NCBI RefSeq assembly: GCF_036321535.1
Contig: NC_087438.1
Location: 6,636,001 to 6,700,000, forward strand
Length of the DNA: 64,000 nucleotides
Direction of reading: 5' to 3'
From: Camelus dromedarius
Lineage: Eukaryota
Every line of letters starts with the position of its first letter. Position 1 is the stretch's first letter. A program made the translations under genes and the position numbers. Positions 23,546 through 36,976 of the stretch are shown here, piece by piece. Below the pieces are notes generated by a model that saw nothing but the letters and a program-made list of their open reading frames with translations, did not search any database and was not told the DNA's origin.

Positions 23546-26500
23546 TGTAACCCACTGATCATGGCTCTACTCAGAGGACCGGAGCGTTTAGGAATCACGG
23601 AGGAAGAGAGAAATGGTTCTTCTCCAGAAGCACACAGTCTAACGGGATGGTGCCCAACAGGCTGGAATCCGTCTATAAAGGAGTCTTCACATAAACCCAG
23701 ATGCTACGCTTAGAGGCTGGGAGATCAGAGTGAGAGACGCACGGGAGGGGGCGGCTCCCGTCAGGTGCGCTGGGCAGGAGAGGGTCTGAAGCAGCTTAGT
23801 TATCAGACTGCTGCAGCGCCAACTCCCCTTTTCACATCCCAAGTCTCTCCTCTTTCAGGAAAGGTCGGCTTCCCTTCTTCATCCTGTGATTGCATTAGAC
23901 ACCGGAAATGATAGTCCTGCCATGAAGGTGGATTACGTGACTTTGTCTCTAAAAAACACCAAGAAATGTATCTCACGTTTGGAGCCATTGACATAAACAC
24001 CTTTATCCAACTCATACCATGAGCACCCAGCCCTGATGCGGAAGAGCTCTGAGCCAGCCCAGGGAGGTGACTGCAAACTTCTCTAAGACCCTGAAAAGGA
24101 AGGCTAATGAACTCTTCCACCTTCTTCTCAGTCATCCTGAAGCCATTTCTGGGCCCAGAGAACCACATCTGAGAACAGGTATCCTTGCTTCCTGTGTTCT
24201 GATGGGTGCAGCTGTACATCCTGAGCTAAGGGTCCTCCCCAGAGCCCTGGACCAAGTACCAACCACGGATCTGTGCCACTGGGGCACCTTCCAAACCTCC
24301 TCGGCTCCCTTTAGTCCCAGCAAGGAGGAAAGCCTTGCCAGGGCATGAAGACAGGAGGAGCACTGTTCCAACTGCTTGCATCCCCCACTCACCCACCTGT
24401 CATCACGGCCACCCTGGCTCCAAGTTCTAGGGAATCCTCAAGGTCTGACTGTGCCTGAAGCATCATTCAGGTCCTGGAGGAACGAACACCAGAGAAAAAT
24501 GGCATCCTTGCCAGGACAAGGAACAGCCAGCTGGAAACTCAGCACCGAGAGAGCAGAAACCATCTCTGTCCTCTACACACTTTATTCCCAGGGCCCAGAG
24601 GAAGGTTCTAGTCAACACTTCTTGGTTGTCCAAATGCCATCCTTCACTTAGTGCTCCTCTGGATCTAGACTACAGTAAAAACAAATGGCCCACATTATAA
24701 TGGAGCCCCTTAGGTTAGCCCCTCTTAAGAACATAATACATCACCATCTCTCTCTGAGGGTTTAGAAAAGGCTCTGGCTGCAGACAAAGAGAAGCACTGG
24801 ACAGCCTCAACAGTGTCTCCCACATTCTGGAATTCTATGGAATAGTTACATCAATTAGAAGGCAGTCAGCAGTCAACAAACAAGACACTAAACTTTAACC
24901 AAGTTCATTTCCCTTCCTTCGAATCTAGCCCACCTCCCATCTGCCATGTCTATTTAAATGAAGACAACAGAAAGGGTTTGTCAGAATAAAGCTATTAAAA
25001 ACTAGCCCATCCTCTGTCAACTGTGGATTACTTTACCAGCAAACTGAAACCCTTAGGGAAGGACAGAAATCAGCGAGCACTGCGAAGGACAGCTGTGAGC
25101 TGCTTGTGTGCTTAACAAGGAAGTGCTTCTCTAGACATCGGGAAATGTAAATATGATTCTTTCAAAGTGAACTGCTCATCTGTCTAGAGTGACTGGGGGC
25201 AACATGTGTAAGAAGAGTTCTTTTCAGGAGGGTAACTGTATCTCTCTTTTTTTCCACAAATGAAAGACCCCTGTGACCACGAAGCCTTTCCTGCCCTGGG
25301 GGTCCCGTCAGCTTCCCCTTTGACCTTCTTTTCATGTAAACAAAACAGGAAAGGAGAAAAATCTCGGCTGTTCTTTTTTATGCCCTACCAATAAAATAAA
25401 AATGTCCCCGTGAGGTATTGAACTGTCCTCATCACCAAGAGGCTGTCACCTTCCAAAAGGCTGAAAGTGCCCCCAATTCTACTCAGCACCCACTTTGCCT
25501 CGCATGTTAATTCCATAGCTTCTGACCTCTTAGCTCACGATGAGGTTATCCTTTTGTTTTCTCCAAAGAATGATGCATTGTTTGACCAAAGCAATCAATC
25601 CTAGTGCTAGATTTAGGTTGACAATTCAAAGATGTTGAGCACGCCAATTGTCAGAGACCCTGACACTGTGGTGTCCAAGATCCCGTGACTAATTTTGGAT
25701 CATTGGAAATCAGCCACCACAGGATACATTTGAACTCGTTAAAAATAGCCCAGCTACCCCCTTGGAACATTTCAACTTACTGTGACAGCCAAAGAACGTG
25801 CTTCTGGTTTCAAAACGGGCTAACTCCTCTGGAATGCAATAAAGGAGCAGAATTTCATGACAGAGAATTTTTCAGGTTGTCCATAAGGTTTTTAAAATAG
25901 ATTTTTCACTTCAGAACTAACAGTTAAATAATTTTAACAAGAATATTACGATAGAATTGAACACCTTCTCTCTAAGTATCAGCAAACCATGTTGCACAGG
26001 GCAGATCAATACAAAGCAAGTGTTAACTATGTTCAGAACACTCCCTGGGCTTCCACTCCACTTAAACGGGGAGCATTTAATTAAATAAATCCAGTTAATC
26101 ATCTGGAAGCAAATATGGGAAAAGGAAACAGCGAGCGACCTCCCAATTGCTCAGAAAAGCAAAGCATTTCAAACATGGACAGTTTACAAGTTCCACGTGT
26201 ACCTCTAATTAAGTCTTCATATGAATTCCTTTAGCTTTCTACCAATTCTTAAAAGTCTAACGCCAAGGTCTTTTATAGAAATACATCTACAAAATTGTTT
26301 TCTTCCCATACAGAGGAAAGACACAGGGATGGATATGGCTGACACTGAGGGCCTCCTTCACCAGGGCCTTTTAAAAAAAAATCTGACACAAGGTGTAATA
26401 TATTTGGGTCACATGGCTGTTATCAGGCAAAATGGCTAATTGGCAGACATCAAAGTCCATCCCAACAGCGAGGTTTAAAAAGACAGGACGGCATCATCGA

Positions 26501-26944
26501 AAGATAAACACGAGGGTTCCGACACTCCTTCAAGCAGCAGCCTTCCCTGAAGTGCTTTTGACTTGTGTTCCTCAGTTGACCCCCGCAGGCTTAATTAAAC
26601 TGGGTGTTCCCTCAACAGCACAATTAAAGAAGCTACAAAGGGCACGTGGTCCAGTGGGTCTCCCACATCATCCCCAGCCTGAGCTATGCACTAATTGTGC
26701 CCTTTGTCTGGGTCTCTGAATGATGATTTTGCCAAGCCTCCAGTCACGATTTTTATTCTTCCCATCAGCCCTGTCTCCAACACCCCCCACGCAGGAAATC
26801 CAGACCCCAAGGCCAGTTCTTCTGGGATAGTACACTTCTAATCTAAACACAAAAATTAAAAGCCCATTGAAAGGCACTCAGTGGCAAGTCCAAACCTGCA
26901 TTAAAGTCTGTGCACTTCCACCAGTAACTGAAGAGACTCTAAGA

Positions 26945-27084
26945 GGGGAGGGTATAGCTTAGTGGTAGTGTGTGCTTAGCATGCACGAGGTCCTGGGTTC
27001 AATCCCCAGTACCTCTATTAAAATACATACATACATACAAACATAATTACCTCCCCACCAAAATAAATTTTTTTTAATTTAAAA
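26945..27084 (+). mobile_element. tRNA-Ala-derived camelid SINE (Vic-1-like)
   Basis: ggggagggtatagcttagtggtag..gcttagcatgcacgaggtcctgggttcaatccccagtacctc, (TACA)n, taattacctcccc; TSD-like agactctaaga / agactctaga. Confidence 0.92.
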
Positions 27085-30000
27085 AGACTCTAGAGTACAG
27101 ATCATTGGGGGTGAACTCATAGGCTGGTTTTACAGGCCACAAAGGCGCCCACTCCAAGGGCCAGGCAGGCCGGCGTTCCGTGCACAGGGCCTCTGTTCCC
27201 GAGCCAAATTGTGTCATGATGCTTCAGGGCCCTTCTGTGGATCACAAGCTTGCTGGTGACAGGAAGGATCAGAGCTGATTGCTTTGGCAAAAAGAATGAT
27301 CACTGTCTGGGTTGCAGGTGGAGGACAGAGAAAAGTCAGTGTAGAATTTATTAAAAGAAAAAAACAGACTAAATGGAACCCACGTTCTTTTGAGGGGTCT
27401 CCAGGATTCAGGGCAATTCTTTTCTTTCTGTGTCCCTTCTTCACGTTGACCCCAAACCAACCCACCAATGGAGCTGGGCATTCTGATAGAGGAAACATAT
27501 CTGGGTGACACTTTGGAGAATTATGGAACGAGGTCTGCACCTTGCTGAGTTTCTCGTCTCATCTATACTTACTGGCTGAGAGGTCTTGATTCCCTTCCCT
27601 CTTGAGAGAAAAGAGCAAAGTAACTGGCTGCCAGAAGACAAACTGAGATTCTTCTGCAAGATTATCAAGGAACTCAGGGTCACAGAGCTCAAACGAAGAA
27701 TGTTTTCTGGTCTCTTTCCCAAACTCACTTCCAAAGCCTGCACTAGTCCCCCCGCCAACCAAAACAAACAAATCAAGTACACTTTACATTGTGTTCCAAC
27801 CTGGAGTGAGTGATCTGCTGTTTTTATTTTCATTATATGAGAAAAAAAAAGTCCCTTTTCAATACCACGCAGATACTGGGAAGGACCCTTCTTCCTATCC
27901 AAAACTTAGGGTCTGTTACTCTATTCTCATCACCATTTGGGGCAAGTCACTCTTCCCTCCAGCCATGGTGTAAGTTCAAAGCATTGATTTCCTTGAGCCG
28001 ACCTCAATAAGCAATTAATTCATGGACAGACACTTTTTAAAAATGTCTTCAAGGTATTTTACTTGACAGGGTATCTGATCAGTACAAAGACTGATGATTT
28101 CCCTCTAACATCCTAACTGATTTAGAGCTTCAGCAACTAAACTCCAAGCATCTGTATTTGCTCCGTGGAGTGGACCCTACTGCACAGACGCTGGGCTCAG
28201 GGATGAGTGGGGTGTGGGACATCCAGAGGCCGTTCTGCAGACACCATCTCTGGGACGCATCCTCTAAACGTCCCCCCGTGAACCGTTCACCACGGGATTT
28301 CCTCTGTACCACGAGAAACCTCAAGGAGACAGAAACCCAGCAGGTGGGCCTGGAGAAATTGTTCAAAGTTAAATAACGTTTGCAGGCATCAGCTTTCGAG
28401 TGAATGAATCTTTGCAGTTCTTACTTGCCAGCTTGCAGTTTCCTGAATGATTTCTTTTCACGAGCTGGCGATAGGACCTAGGAATTCCATCACTGCTGGC
28501 AGACAGAGAGTACATTTGGCTCCAGGCCTGACTTAGGAGTCTGCTTGGAAAGACTTGATGGCCAATAGGCGCTGCCTGGATGAGATCTCCAACCTCCCGT
28601 CTCCACCCCGCTCCAGCCCCACCCCGACCACTGCACAGTTTCAAGAGAAGCATTTACACTGGTTTCTGTTGTGCTGCGTGTTCTGTGTTAAAAAGTGGGG
28701 GTATATAGGTAGGTGAGAAATACTTTTAACTCAAGCACCTGAGTTCAGGTGCCCTCGCCTTCCTGGCACCAGCTTTGTGACCAGGGGCCAAGGCAGCAAG
28801 AATTCAAGGTGGAGAGGAGGGAGGGCTTTGAGAGGCATCGCTCCAAGGCTTCCCGTCTCTTCCGCCATAAGACAAGGGGGAAGAATGGAGAGGTCTCCCG
28901 CTGACTTCTCACAAGGGAGTCTCTCCTCCAACAGAGTCACCTGATAAGCAGGTGTGTGCTTTTCCGAGCTTGAGAGCAGCAGCCAATGTGGAACAGATGC
29001 TGGGATGGAACCAAGCAGCCATCACATTCCCGCCACCCTTGTAACTGACCTGGGTGAGGTCTGACCTCTATGAGCCAACACGCAGCAGCCCAGAACAAGA
29101 CGGAGCAAAAGAGCATGTCCATCTCTGACACCTATGCTATCACGTCATCCAGCGGCAGCTCTGCAACCCCAGAGCCAAGAGCCAGGCCTGGAGATGCCGC
29201 TGCCTGGACAAAACCTGGCAAGCCCCTTTCACACGGGGGAGGGCACTGAAACAAGACGGGAAGGGCAAGAGAGTGACCGGGTCTTGACAGAAAGTAAAGG
29301 GTCAACCAGAAGTTTTGAGCTCAGCTTGGCTCAAAACTTTGTGGTGACAGAGGAACGCGATACTTAAAAGGCAGCTGGATTAGCAAGGAAACTGACCAGG
29401 AGAGGGTCAGGATAAGGAGGGAGAAGAGGAGAATTCCTCTAACAGGGGGAGGGGGGTAGGTTATCAAAGGATATTCGAGAAGCAGCCCCAACAGAAAGGA
29501 CAGGAAACCGCACTTCAGCACTCGCCTTTTCATACAGGACATCTGGTCACCTTACCGTGGGCAACAGCTCAACATCTGGGGGCTGGACCCAGCTCTGTAA
29601 AATACGTCTTTCCTCTATATTTACAGCCCAGAAATATTAACCTTAAATAAATAAAATGCCCAACTTTAACTCCTAGCTCAAACTTTAAAGGCGTTTTTCT
29701 TCACTGACATGTTGCCAAAGATCTTCCAAGTTTAAACTTCAGAACAAGGACAGGAGGAAGGGAGGGGCCAGCAGACAGAAGGGCCTGCAAAATGAGCCCT
29801 CCAGGCTGTGAAATGAACATTCCAGGCTCTTCCCTGTGTTCCAGACGGCAAGAATGAAGGCAGGGTCCTATACATTTTAGAGTGTCCAAAATCAATATTC
29901 AAGGATGATACCTGGATGCTTTCCAGAAAAGGAAATAGGTAGAAAAGAGTAAGAAATCATCTAAATGGGGGGCCTAATACACCTTTCCCACTTAGGACTA

Positions 30001-31759
30001 CGTCTTCACATAACCTTGTACGTAACACTCCAGCTATTATGATCAACTCCAGCTATCAGGTCCAATACAAATCCACAATTATCCTAAAGGAGGCCTTAAA
30101 ACAAGGGGAAAGGACACCGTTTTATTTTTCCCTGTGTTTTCAAAACTAAACATCTGTCCTGGCAACGAGGAAATTTATCTAATCGTGAAACCAGTCAGTC
30201 TGTTTAACTGAAAGCCACACTAGTTATCCTTAAAGGACGGAGAACGTTAGCTCATTGAAAACGAGAGAAAACCACCACCAAAAGCAACCTCCTAAACAGG
30301 ATTTTATTGGCCAATTAAAACCATCAACAGTGACATCAAAATATAAATGTCACCCACTCCTTTGCCGTCTAATAAGCCAAAGGAAATATTAATGCAATCT
30401 CATAAACAACTCCTTACCACTCACTGAGGGTGAGTAATAATTTAGGGCTGGTAATAGAAAAACGTGGTCATTTTATAAATTTTACTCCTAATTTGTGTAG
30501 GTTAGGCTGCAAGTTTGGGAGGAGGCAGATTCAGACCAGGCTAGTCAGAAATGACGCTGGCAAAAGGTCGATAAAGCTATTACACTAGGATTTAAACCTC
30601 TTGTCAATCTCATTTTTTGCATCCAACTACTACAAGGGCTGAAGAAATGAGACGTTGTTAAAAAATGCTTGCCTGAAACATCACGGAGCTGGGTAGAAAT
30701 ACTTCATCACTAATGGAGATACGCTACTGGCGGATCTCAGACAGCTCGCAAAAGCCACGCCTGGTGTATTTGGAGCTCGGACCGTCTGTGCCAAAGTAAA
30801 CACTCTCATGGAAAGTCACCATGCGGAAACCAACTGGTGTGGGGAGAGTAAGGTGCCCGAGAGGGAGCTGAGGAGGCCTGGAGGCAGGAGGCAGAGCGGA
30901 TTTTAATGCACTAAACAGACGGAAGTCGCCATAAACAAGAGGAAAGAGCTAAAGACACTTCCTTCCACCCAGAGACAACAGTCGAAGGGCAAGGGAATTA
31001 CAGGAAAATTCGTATATATTTCTACCCATAACCGAACTTCAGCTGTGCTTTCAGTGCAAAACCTGTCAAAGCAGAACGCAAAGAGCTAGAAGTGATTCCA
31101 TGACTCTTCTTCTAACGGGGAGAGAAAGCACTCCGCCCTTTAAGTATTCGGGCTCTGGGCATTTAAAGCTCTGCATTCTGCCACTGGGTCTGGCTGTTAG
31201 AAGTGACCTGCCCACCAGCTGAAGCAAATGCTCTGCTAAATGGGCACAGAGGCCGGCAGTGTGCACTTTTCTCCATCCCAGGAAAGCAGCATCCTTTGGT
31301 GAACGAGCTGTCCAGACCCCACAGCTCTAATGAGACCCGCAGATTGTGTTTCCAAGATCTGCACCTGACCCCGACCCCTGTCCAGAGCAATGCTGATGCA
31401 CCAACAAAAGCTGGTAGAAGAGGAGCATCGTCTGACAAACGACTGGGACTCGGGGTGGAGCAAACACCGAGCAGCCAGCGTGGCTGCTGGCTTTTGATTT
31501 GATTCAGTTTCATGGTCTCATCTGAAAACAACCTGGGTCTGTTTGTTTTCACGATAGAGATCACAGCTCTGACAGACTTCCCAGGAAGGGCTGCCGCATC
31601 AAAGAAACCCTGCTCATCCTGGCATCCGGTGGCCTCAGCCCTACGCTTTGTGAAAATCACGGAAACACAGAACACAGTCCCCCATGAACGCAGCAGGATC
31701 TGTTTAGGCCATGGGCAGCCTAGCCAACTCTAAACTAGAGATTACGCCCCAGATTTCTT

Positions 31760-32182
31760 TTATTTTAAAACACCTTTAATGAGGTATAGGTTACCTACCG
31801 TAACACCTACGCACTGCAAGTGTACAATTCGGTGATCTTCGGCAAATGTGCAGAGTTGTGTGCCTGTCTCCACAATTCAGTCTTAGAACATTTCCGTCGT
31901 CCAGAAAGGCCCCACCTGCCCATCTGCAGTCGCTTCCAGGCACCAGCCCCAGCCCCAGGCAACCACGAAGCTGCTTTCTGTCTTCATGGGTTTACCATTT
32001 CTAGACATTTCTTACATAAATGGAATCATAAGATATGTGGTCTTTTGTAACTGTCTTCTTTCACTAAGCATAATGTTTTAAAGTTCACACACATCACAGG
32101 CTTTATCAAGCGTCCACTCATTTGATTGCTGAATAATGGTCCATTGTATGGCCAGACCACATTTTGTTTATCCGCTCATCTG
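31760..32182 (-). mobile_element. L1MB-like 3' end
   Basis: ctttaatgaggtatag..aagtgtacaattc..agagttgtg..agccccaggcaaccac..taaatggaatcata..ccattgtatgg..ccacattttgtttatcc. Confidence 0.88.
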
Positions 32183-32761
32183 TTTCAGCTTATTAAATCT
32201 ATAAATCCAACTAAGTGACAAGGCTTATTGGCCTAATCTCAGAAATAAAATAAGAAAGACTTCTATCATTCTAAAATAGCCTAGAATTTCTAAAAATCTC
32301 TGTAATGTGTGAAAATACGTAATGATACAATACATTCCCCAGAATTTGTGTGCCAGTGGGTGGGGGGGATTCAATTTTAAGTAAGTAAACATCCCTGCAG
32401 TGCACTTTTTTAATGTTTTAATATATATAAACTATTTCAATACACTTCAAGTGCTTTCTGCTAATCTCCAAGTCCAGCAAGGTCATCCCCTCACTGAACA
32501 AGCTTTCACAACGGGACAAGCAGCCCTGTATTCGGAGAGATGAAGTACACGGTCCTCGGCTCACAAAGACATCTGTATTTCAGGACTGTGGTAACAGATC
32601 AGTTTGAGAGTATTGGAAACATTTTCTCCATTTGTATAAAGACTATAAACTGTATTTAGCATCCATGGTTAGCTCCCAAAGGCTCGTTTAAGCCACAGTC
32701 TTTTTCCAGGACACTACACTGTGGTCTGTCCTCTTTGTACACTACACGAGGGCCTTTACTG

Positions 32762-33130
32762 ATTCGTTCACTCATCCACCACATATGAACCGAGAGCAGC
32801 CTGTGTGCCAAGTGCCGTTCTAGGCGCGGGAGATTGACCAATGGCAGAGTCCGTCTCCCAAGCTTACAGTCTCTACTGGGGAAAGACTTTAAAAAATACA
32901 GTGTGTTGGTCTGACGCAAAATGCTACCAAGGGAAAAAGAGGAGGCTGAGGAAGAGAAGAAATAGGGAGGGGATGCTGTCTTAGCGTGACTTGGAGGAAA
33001 GAGGGCAGGGATGCTGTCTTAGTGTGATGCTGAAGAAGGGATATTTGAGCAAAAGCCCTCAAAGCAGCAAGATCTGGAAGTCGTGAGCCTTCAAGCAAAA
33101 TGCAGAAGGAAGAGAACAGGCAAGGGCTTG
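32762..33130 (-). mobile_element. LINE-2 3' region
   Basis: attcgttcactcatcc..ctgtgtgccaagtgccgttctaggcgc..agcttacagtct. Confidence 0.6.
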
Positions 33131-34460
33131 GAAAGGAGGCTGGAGGGGCTGGAGCCAGGAGGGAGGGACAGCAGCAGCGCCAAGTGCAGTCAGGGAGCCA
33201 AGGTCAACAGGACTCCCCCAGTTTCCCAGCCTCAGGAGCACATCCTGCCCCACCCCCACAGCCAGAATGGCTTCTGTCCCGCTGCAGGGTCCTGGCCCCC
33301 GGGCCGGTCCTAAGCAGCAGCCGTCTGACAAGCTTTGGACCCTCACTCGCAGGCAGCTAGTCCTGCTTGCTTGGTTCTGTCACTGCATCCAAACAGCTCC
33401 CTCAACCTGATCTCCTGGTCAGAACTTAGTTCAAGGGATGTGTTTTGTGTTGTCAATCCTGAGCCCCTACCTTGGTAACCAACATCCTCACCACTCTCGT
33501 CACGAGAGTCCTATCCAGCTTCCCAACTCCACCTTCCCTTTTCTCTTCTGGAGGACCTGCTTCTGGGAGGACCCACAGAGGCGATGCGGGCACGTGGCCA
33601 TCTCCAAGGCCATCCACACACTGCCCCCGCAAGCTCTGTGCAGGGCCCCCACAGGACCTCTATCCAACAGCCCTGAATCACGCAGGGACGGTCACGCCAC
33701 TGTCAGCGCTGCTGCCTTCACCACCCACTCCAGCTGTCCTGGAATCCGTCCACCTCCACTGCCACCGCCATCTCTCCAGCACAGCAGGCGGGCCTGTCCC
33801 CTGGGGACCCCTCCCTCGCCAGAGCCTGCTTCCCTGGAGGCTGAGGCTTCTCCTGCCTGCCCCGCCCCATTAGACGAGCAGCTCTGTGAAAGCCCAGTTT
33901 TCTGGCACTTATTCTACCCAGCTTCCCCAGAACAACTCTCCCAAAGTCAAGTCCACAGCCAGCACACAAGGGAACTGACACGACAGGCGTCTCAGAAGCA
34001 AGCTCTTCCTCAGTTCCTACTTGTACATCACCTGGCATGAGCAATGGCTTAATGACAGTGTCTACTGAACAAAGAAGTTTCACATCCAGAGCAATTATTT
34101 TTGCTTTATGCCACCAGTTACAAACAGTGTTCTCAGCTTCCCAATCGGTAAAGTTTTACGGCAGATCTAAATCTCGGCCCTGTAAGAGGAATCACAGAAG
34201 CCAGCTGGGATTCTAAAACCCATTTGGCTGCAGGACGTCCAGCCATAAATGTCCCTGGCCTCCGTTCGGAGCACTCTCTTGGCACAGCGTGTTGGAGGAG
34301 TCCTGGCAGCGGGTCAGCTGCATCCTTGGTGGCTGGCTGAGCACAGCTTCAGAAGTCCTCTCCAAGATGTATCACATCCCCAGGTTTTGTTTTTTTTTTT
34401 TACAGAAAGGGAAGTTCTTTGTATGGAATTGAATTTGGAGTCAATTTGTGAGGAACGTAC

Positions 34461-34526
34461 CTCTTCCAAGAAATTTTAGCCGTTCGATGATTTTGCAGAC
34501 AATTCACGGGAAATGGCTTAGCAGAA

Positions 34527-34558
<32 letters not shown>

Positions 34559-34680
34559 GGCTCTGCTTTTCTCTGCATGGGCACATGATACATCATTGCC
34601 AAATGTTGGGTGAATTTGAACTGATTGAAAGAGGCTCTATTTCCTGTGCACAATTTGCCCTTGCTCAGTCCTGACTGTCA
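34461..34680 (-). other. Candidate alternative first exon or 5' UTR exon; 5' limit uncertain
   Basis: Donor GAG|GTACGT (plus ACGTAC 34455-34460); unique sequence with some CpG retention; no clear acceptor. Confidence 0.3.
34536..34558. repeat. T23 homopolymer
   Basis: 23 consecutive T, with no retroelement body that I could recognise beside it. Confidence 0.95.
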
Positions 34681-36771
34681 CTTGCCTAGAACTTATTTAA
34701 TTTCACATCTCAGCAAATACAGTTTTATTTCTGCAGGAGAACTGTCTTCTGATAGCATCAGTCTTCTGGTTATTTATCATACATATCTGTAATTGAATTA
34801 CCTATTGCAGTAATGTGATCTACTCCCAAATGTACATGAAAATGCAACATAAAATAAAATTGTTCCAATGTGTACCTCCCCATTCTGCTACAGGAACCCT
34901 AGGGAAGCCAATCCCACAGAGATACGGTGACAAGTAATGAAGGACAGATGGGAAGATAAAGATTAGTGAGTTCATAGCCTTTCAGAAATAAAAGCAATTC
35001 ACTCTCTAAAACTTTATATTCTTTTAAAATGCAGTGTTCTTCAATACTAATCAGGAAACCAATTCCAGTATACGTGAGGAAAAAAGAGTAAAGAACCATT
35101 TAATTTTTTCCAAATGCAGCAATACTATCCTAATACATTTTAAAACTTAGGAAACAGAATTTAAGTGCTCATCTTTGCTCCTGTCAAATAACCATTAATC
35201 CTGGACAATAAAAGAGGTAAAGAAAAAGAAAAAGAAAAAGACAACAGCAACTCCTTTGAGAAGAGTTTCTGTTTTCTTGAGCCCATGGTTGGGTTAATCC
35301 TATTTTAAATGTCATGCCCCAGGGAAATATAACTTGTCTTTGAAGTTGCTTCAGAATACTATGAAATTCAGAGTCAAGTTTCCTTAGCTCTAGAACTTTT
35401 AGATGACAAAGATTAACTGTGTCAATACCAGTACATTATAATAAATTACTTATTACACACAACCTTTTCTTGGATCAAGTTTTTGTTTGCTTTGCTCCGT
35501 TTGGCTTAAATCCTGAATCAAAACTACTTTATCTATGTATTTTCTAGCTTACTTTAATTTTTCTCTTCTTTTCTTGCCATTAGAAATTGATTCTATATAT
35601 CTAGATAACAAGAACCTGATAAAGTCATCAAAGAAATCGGTGATGTATTTATCAAGCACATCAAAAGTTGCTTTTTCAAACTGCTTCCCGATGAGTTAGC
35701 TACTCCTCACCTGTTGAATTTATCTCGATGATGCTACCAATTTGTGCAGGAATTAAGAGACAGCAGATTGCCCCCTATCTACAGCAGATCATGTCTACAA
35801 GGCTAGCAATCAGAGTGACAAAAAACAGAAATTTTCAACAAAACTTCTGCACCTCAGTTTTAAAAGGTTGCTGCAGACATATGTGAAAATGTCTATGTTA
35901 CCAACAACAGTACACAAAGACAGTATAAACAACTTAAAGTCCATATACGTACTCATTTTAGGACTCAAGAAAATAGTTCACTTTCTTTGTATAAATGTGC
36001 AAATAGATGAGTGTGGGCAGAAATGCACAAGGTCCCACACTACACACTTTGTACCTTTGTGTAACTCAATTTGTTAGACACCATAATTTACATTTTAAAA
36101 ATTATTTAACACTAAACATAAAAACATAAAAATTTGTCACCTTGTGGTTATAATTATATCCTAAGCAATTTGTCTAAGTAGCTATAGCAACAATTTTAGA
36201 AACATTTTAAAATACAAATATGGTATAATTTTAGAGTCAAGAATTATGGAGGATTTACTGCAGGATGTGGCTACTTCTCTCAAACACTTGTGCATAGACT
36301 ACTACAAAAATGGATTCCTTGACTATTTTAAACTAATTAACTTGTTCTGTGTCGCAAACCATAGGATTTGTAACCCAAACCTCTTCTTAGGATTAGTTCT
36401 AATCTTAGTGAACTCTAGAGTTCATGATTACTTGTGTATGTAATGGAACACCTTTAGACCTTCGGCTGGACATTTAACGAAGTTCTGTTTCCCCCTCCCC
36501 CACTTCCAGGTGTGTGTATCAGAAGCAAAGCCTCAATTTCAGTGACTTTACAACAACAACAAAAATGGACATTTGGAATCATTCAAAGTCACCACCAACT
36601 TAATAAAAACAATGTAATGGTCCCGTTAAGCAGCTCTCTCTAGTATCAGGAGCGTATGACAGAGTCCCAAGGAGCTGACATCTGTTATCTGGAGCATTTA
36701 GCGTGCAGCACAGAGAGAAGTTTGTTGTGTTTAACACCACATCTCTGATCAACAGTCTGAAGTGAAGCAAG

Positions 36772-36976
36772 GGGGAGGGCGTAGCTCAGTGGTAGAGCTG
36801 GTGCTCAGCCTACCCAAGGTCCTGGGTTAAATCCCCAGCACCTCCGTTAAAAGATAAATAAATAAATAACTGAATTACCTCCCCACCTCCTGCTACAAAA
36901 AAAACAAAAACAAACAAACAAAAAAACCCAAAACTGTACTCTTCAAAGTACACACAGTTAAAAACAAATTAAAAGA
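36772..36976 (+). mobile_element. tRNA-Ala-derived camelid SINE with an extra 3' segment
   Basis: ggggagggcgtagctcagtggtagag..ggtcctgggttaaatccccagcacctcc; perfect 12-bp TSD aagtgaagcaag at 36760-36771 and 36977-36988. Confidence 0.93.

Noticed and set aside
26945..27016. tRNA-Ala(AGC)-like sequences (also at 15933 and 36772)
   Set aside because: They are followed by SINE body, A tails and TSDs rather than a TTTT terminator, and carry stem-disrupting changes, so they are SINEs and not tRNA genes.
33438..34040. 200-aa plus-strand ORF
   Set aside because: Pro/Ser-rich low-complexity product of C-rich DNA; no domain or exon structure that I can support.
35706..35810. Donor CAG|GTGAGG on the minus strand and a CTCF-like tgccccctatctac
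   Set aside because: Acceptor ambiguous and CTCF match incomplete; insufficient on sequence alone.
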